This document shows positions 19,945 through 24,305 of a stretch of 24,305 nt of DNA, piece after piece. How positions within the stretch are numbered: the stretch's first letter is position 1; each line of letters starts with the position of its first letter. Source of the stretch: Macrostomum lignano (taxonomy: Eukaryota); contig NIVC01005161.1 in NCBI GenBank assembly GCA_002269645.1, positions 1-24,305 on the forward strand, in the 5' to 3' direction. The notes below the pieces were generated by a model. It searched no databases. It saw only the letters and a list, made by a program, of their open reading frames with translations, and had not been told where the DNA came from. The position numbers and the translations under genes are program-made.

Positions 19945-20175
19945 GTGGGCGTCGGCGCTCTTACCAAGGTCTATGGCAAGGTGAACCGGCGCGGCCACCG
20001 TCCCAACCATTCGTCGCGTTGCTACCGCGGCCCGCTGCGCAAATGCCTGCAGGGCCTGGAGTCCATGGGCCTGGTGGCCAAGGACGAGTCGGGCGGCCGG
20101 CTGCTCACGTCGCAGGGCAGGCGCGATCTGGACAGAATCGCCTATCAGGTGTTTGCCGAGGCGCGCAAGAAGTGA
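19945..20175 (+). CDS. RPS19: 40S ribosomal protein S19, exon 2 (76 codons + stop); total 154 aa
   Basis: CTAAT branch-like site and TTTCTGCAG acceptor; VGVGALTKVYG...P.H...LQGLE...GGRLLTSQGRRDLDRIA. Confidence 0.95.
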   Translation: MGVGALTKVYGKVNRRGHRPNHSSRCYRGPLRKCLQGLESMGLVAKDESGGRLLTSQGRRDLDRIAYQVFAEARKK

Positions 20176-20271
20176 ACTATGAGCATTGTTGAGTAAAAAA
20201 ATTGTTACAGAATTGATGAAGCTGGTTTAGCGCTTGTCTGTTTGTGCATTGGGAAAACAAAAATTGCACAC

Positions 20272-20277
20272 AATAAA
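20272..20277 (+). promoter_or_regulatory. AATAAA polyadenylation signal of RPS19
   Basis: About 97 nt after the stop codon. Confidence 0.6.
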
Positions 20278-20440
20278 GCGATGGAATAGCTTGGCTATGC
20301 CCGGCAGGCCAGCATTATTGTTAAACTGCTTGTTGTTCGTGGAAAAATAGTTTGCAAAAATTTGTCTTTAATTCTTTTACCGAAAATCAGGTCAGGGAGG
20401 CAAGCTGAAAATCGTAGTTCATATCTTGAAAACCAGAGCC

Positions 20441-21066
20441 CCGATCCCCAGAATCAAAATTTCGATCCCTCCTTAGACTCAAAATCTCACTCCGTAAAAT
20501 CAAAATCCCTACTCCGAGAACAAAATCCTTACTCCGAGAACAAAATCCTTACTCCGAGAATCCAAATCCTTACTCCGAGAATCAAAATCCCTACTCCGAG
20601 AATCAAAACCCCAACCCTCAAAATCAAAATCCTTACTCCGAGAATCAAAATCCTTACTCCGAGAATCAAAATCCCTACTCCGAGAATCAAAATCCCAACC
20701 CTCAAAATCAAAATCCTTACTCCGAGAATCAAAATCCCTACTCCGAGAATCAAAATCTCTACTCCGAGAATCAAAATCCCAACCCTCAAAATCTAAATGC
20801 TTACTCCGAGAATCAAAATCCCTACTCCGAGAATCAAAATCCCAACCCTGAAAATCAAAATCCTAATCCTGAAAATCAAAATCCCGACCCCAAGAATCAA
20901 AATCCCAACCCTCAAAATCAAAACCATTACTCCGAGAATCAAAATCCCAACCCTCAAAATCAAAACCATTACTCCGAGAATCAAAATCCCAATCCTGAAA
21001 ATCAAAATCCCGACCCCGAGAATCAAAATCCCAATCCCCAAAATCTAAATCCCAATCCTAAGGATC
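20441..21066. repeat. 21-bp minisatellite mixing two unit types (ACTCCGAGAATCAAAATCC[C/T]T and AACCCTCAAAATCAAAATCCC)
   Basis: Direct reading; degenerate at both ends. Confidence 0.95.
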
Positions 21067-21683
21067 TTAATCCCATTGTGCAAACGGAAAAGTCCGAGCT
21101 CAATTGGCACGGAAAAAAGTTACCAGTGCACTCTTGCAAAGCCATGATGCATGGGCAGGGCCTCGGTCACGAGGGTAAATGGTTATTTTGACGTTGACAT
21201 TGTCTGCCTGTTGCCAATATTATCGCTTTCTAAGCCTATTCGGCTGTGTTTCTGGCTAATGCAATTTGCCTGACAACGCCTGTTCGCTGCCCTCCGCGCT
21301 CGGGTTCGGTGATTGATGGCGGGCGGCTGCTGCTGTTGGTAAGGCGACCTTGCAGTTCAATCCGCAGGAATTTCAGTCTTAGCTGAATTCGGTTGAACGA
21401 CTGGCTTGGACTGTTATGCCTCTGCTGTGTGTTTGTCTTGGTCGTTGCTTTGTTCACTGAATGCATGCCCGCTTTAAGAAATTTTTACTTTGCCAAATAG
21501 TTTTAAAATTTGCCGAGTCTGCAGCGTAATATCGATAAGAGTAGAGAGCACGTTATTTGTGCCAGGTGCGAACTGCATCAACTGTACTGTACATTCTGCT
21601 GTGTACATTTGAACTATTTTATTGCTGCGCCGATGCCTAAGCTCTTTGCCTGGTACTACCTCGTAGTACCAGGTACGAGTAGT

Positions 21684-22570
21684 AGACACCTCTGCCCTTC
21701 CTGACACCCCTGTCTTCCCTGACACCTGCCCTGCCTGACAACTCTGCCCTCCCTGACACCTCTGCCCTCTCTGACAACTCTGCCCTTCCTGACACCCCTG
21801 TCTTCCCTGACACCTGCCCTACCTGACAACTCTGCCCTCCATGACACCTCTGCCCTCTCTGACAACTCTGCCCTCCGTGACAACTCTGCCCTCCCTGACA
21901 CCTGCCCTCCCTGACAACTCTGCCCTCCCTGACACCTGTGCCCTCCGTGACAACTCTGCCCTCCCTGACACCTGCCCTCCCTGACAACTCTGCCCTCCCT
22001 GACTCCTCTGCCCTCTCTGACAACTCTGCCCTTCCTGACACCCCTGTCTTCCCTGACACCTGCCCTGCCTGACAACTCTGCCCTCCCTGACACCTCTGCC
22101 CTCTCTGACAACTCTGCCCTTCCTGACACCCCTGTCTTCCCTGACACCTGCCCTACCTGACAACTCTGCCCTCCCTGACACCTCTGCCCTCTCTGACAAC
22201 TCTGCCCTCCGTGACAACTCTGCCCTCCCTGACACCTGCCCTCCCTGACAACTCTGCCCTCCCTGACACCTGTGCCCTCCGTGACAACTCTGCCCTCCCT
22301 GACACCTGCCCTCCCTGACAACTCTGCCCTCCCTGACACCTGTGCCCTCCCTGACAACTCTGCCCTCCCTGACGCCCCTGCCTCCCTGACACCCCTGCTT
22401 TCCTGACACCTGCCCTCCCTGACCCCTGCCTTCCTGACACCCCTGACTTCCTGACACCTGCCCTCCCTGACACCCTACCTCCCTGACACCCCTGCCTCCC
22501 TGACACCTGCCTCCCTGACACTACCTGCCTCCCCTGACACAACTGTTTTTCCTGACAGCCCCTGACTTTC
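21684..22570. repeat. Composite 16/18-bp minisatellite (GACA[A/C]CTCTGCCCTCCCT variants) with higher-order structure
   Basis: Marker unit GACACCCCTGTCTTCCCT at 21703, 21791, 22037 and 22125. Confidence 0.95.
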
Positions 22571-23464
22571 CTGGCGCTCTTCCCCTCAGTCCCACTGACG
22601 ACCCTTCCCTATCCGCTAGTTGTCAGCCGAGTTCTCTTTGACTCCATTGTCTTACCTGCCGACCTTGGAAAGCCCTAGTCACCCACTGACCTTGACATCC
22701 CTTGGTGTTTGACAAATTTAATCCTCTCTTCCTAATACAGGTTTGGAGACAATCCATGACATCTGCTAGTGCTTTTCTAAGCTTCCGGCTGCAAAACTGC
22801 TTTGTAAGAGCTGTCAGTCTGTATAATTGGCGAGCCCATTATTTTTTAAGCTGCGGAGCAAGATAACACAGTAGATATAAAAGATGTATTAAGAGATTTC
22901 AAGCGTCTGAGTGGCGTCGTCTGCGCGCACGCCAGACTGTGCGGAGGCAGCAGGTGAGACACTGCAAGCCAAGACCACCAGCCGCAGCTGGCAGGTGTCA
23001 ATCACACGCATTTTGCCTGCTTTGTGGGAGGTTAGAGAGAGAGAGGGAGGGACAGGTAGAATTGAGTGGCAATCTATACGGCACTTCATCTGGATTCTGG
23101 CTGCTTTTTTTCTCTATTACAGTGTGGGATGTCCAGTGCGTGCCTGCCGCCGTAGCACTGAATAGAGAGGCGGCGTTGCGGTGGGCTGCTGCTCCTAGAG
23201 TAGCGCCAGCTGTGCGATGTGCATAGAAAAAAAGTATTATTTGGCCAATTTGGCCAAGGCTTACAATTCCAAGCAATTTAGGGGGGTCTGCAGGGAAGAT
23301 CTGCACAGACAGGCGGGGCGGGGCACTGTGGGAAGCTTCCTGAAATTATTCTTCATTTAATAACTCCTCACACTTTGGCTGGTCTGGCGTGGACTCTCTT
23401 CAGAGCCTGGTCTGACCTCATGCGGCTAAGCGATTATCAACCCACCACCTCTTCCTGAGCTCTC

Positions 23465-23519
23465 ATTGGCCAGTGCATGCACAGCCCATGCATGCAGACT
23501 TGCTGGCACTCAGTATAAA
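23465..23519 (+). promoter_or_regulatory. Reverse CCAAT plus TATAAA upstream of a candidate first exon
   Basis: ATTGG at 23465-23469 and TATAAA at 23514-23519, about 70 nt before the ATG at 23591. Confidence 0.45.
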
Positions 23520-23590
23520 GATGCGGTCAGCCTCCCAAGTCCTGATCCGATCCGTGCTGCTAAAATTCGAGACAGAAACTGGGCTTTGAG

Positions 23591-23677
23591 ATGCTGCTGA
23601 GCGGCGATCAACGGATGCTGCTGTGCTCGGGGTCCTCCTCCTCATCGTCCTCTCTGCAGCCTCCTTCGATGAGTCAT

Positions 23678-23709
<32 letters not shown>

Positions 23710-23747
23710 TCGTCATCAGTCTTCGGCTGTGCAGGAGGCTGCGAGCG
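23591..23747 (+). CDS. Candidate first coding exon with poly-Ser and poly-Gln (MLLSGDQRMLLCSGSSSSSSLQPPSMSHQ9RHRHQSSAVQEAAS)
   Basis: 52 codons + 1 nt ending at donor GCG|GTAAGG; (CAG)9 at 23678-23704 in frame; upstream TATA. The rest of the gene would lie beyond the window. Confidence 0.55.
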
Positions 23748-23756
23748 GTAAGGATA

Positions 23757-24305
23757 GATTATGAATTATAAATGAGGGAATAGAATGGATTGCTAATCTA
23801 TGGCTTATGAATGAGGAATAGAATGGATTGCTAATCTATAGCTTATGAATGAGGGAATAGAATGGATTGCTAATCTATGGCTTATAAATGAAGAATAGAA
23901 TGGATTGCTAATCTATGGCTTATGAATGAGGGAATAGAATGGATTGCTAATCTATGGCTTATGAATGAGGGAATAGAATGGATTGCTAATCTATGGCTTA
24001 TGAATGAAGAATAGAATGGATTGCTAATCTATGGCTTATGAATGAGGAGTAGAATGGATTGCTAATCTATGGCTTATGAATGAAGAATAGAATGGATTGC
24101 TAATCTATGGCTTATGAATGAAGAATAGAATGGATTGCTAATCTATGGCTTATGAATGAAGAAAGAATGGATTGCTAATCTATGGCTTATAAATGAGGAA
24201 TAGAATGGATTGCTAATCTATGGCTTATAAATAAGGGACTAGAATGGATTGCTAATCTATGGCTTATGAATGAGGGAGTAGAATGGATTGCTAATTATGG
24301 CTTAT
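23757..24305. repeat. 38/39-bp minisatellite (ATGAATGAG[G]GAATAGAATGGATTGCTAATCTATGGCTT), about 14 copies, runs off the window end
   Basis: Direct reading; begins about 10 nt after the GTAAGG donor. Confidence 0.97.

Noticed and set aside
20362-21048. (TPRIKIP)n and (ILILGVG)n ORFs
   Set aside because: Translation of a 21-bp minisatellite open on both strands, with no splice or codon-usage support.
21637-22542. Gly/Arg/Gln-rich repeat ORFs
   Set aside because: Frames shift with the 16- and 18-bp units; minisatellite artefact.
22904-22953. Short CpG-rich segment ending in CAG|GTGAGA, a possible exon
   Set aside because: Weak acceptor, two open frames and no recognisable peptide; cannot be supported.

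Overview
Eukaryotic (metazoan) genomic DNA: GT-AG introns, GC3-rich intron-poor genes set in AT-rich spacer, and about 17% minisatellite. The style resembles a free-living flatworm such as Macrostomum, but that is inference only. Recognisable genes are a TNFAIP8/TIPE-family gene (minus, 318-957, with a candidate 19-nt first coding exon at 2061-2079), an intronless KChIP-like neuronal calcium sensor (plus, 6911-7539), a divergent MATH-domain-like terminal exon (minus, 8408-8892) and a two-exon RPS19 (plus, 18417-20175). Two further exons are missing from the ORF track: a cleanly spliced minus-strand exon (12247-12377) and a polyQ first exon (23591-23747). Three genes each lack exactly one nucleotide, most likely a long-read consensus error. 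Mobile DNA comprises a 5'-truncated RTE-type LINE, a second decayed non-LTR RT fragment, a decayed mariner transposase, three MITE-like elements and three copies of a tRNA-headed SINE-like family. The most unusual signal is a 1.6-kb stretch with no CpG at all (14280-15894), in which the mariner relic shows apparent CG>TA and CA>TA changes, a RIP-like pattern. I found no CRISPR array, rRNA or intact tRNA, and no prokaryote-style novel system is supported.
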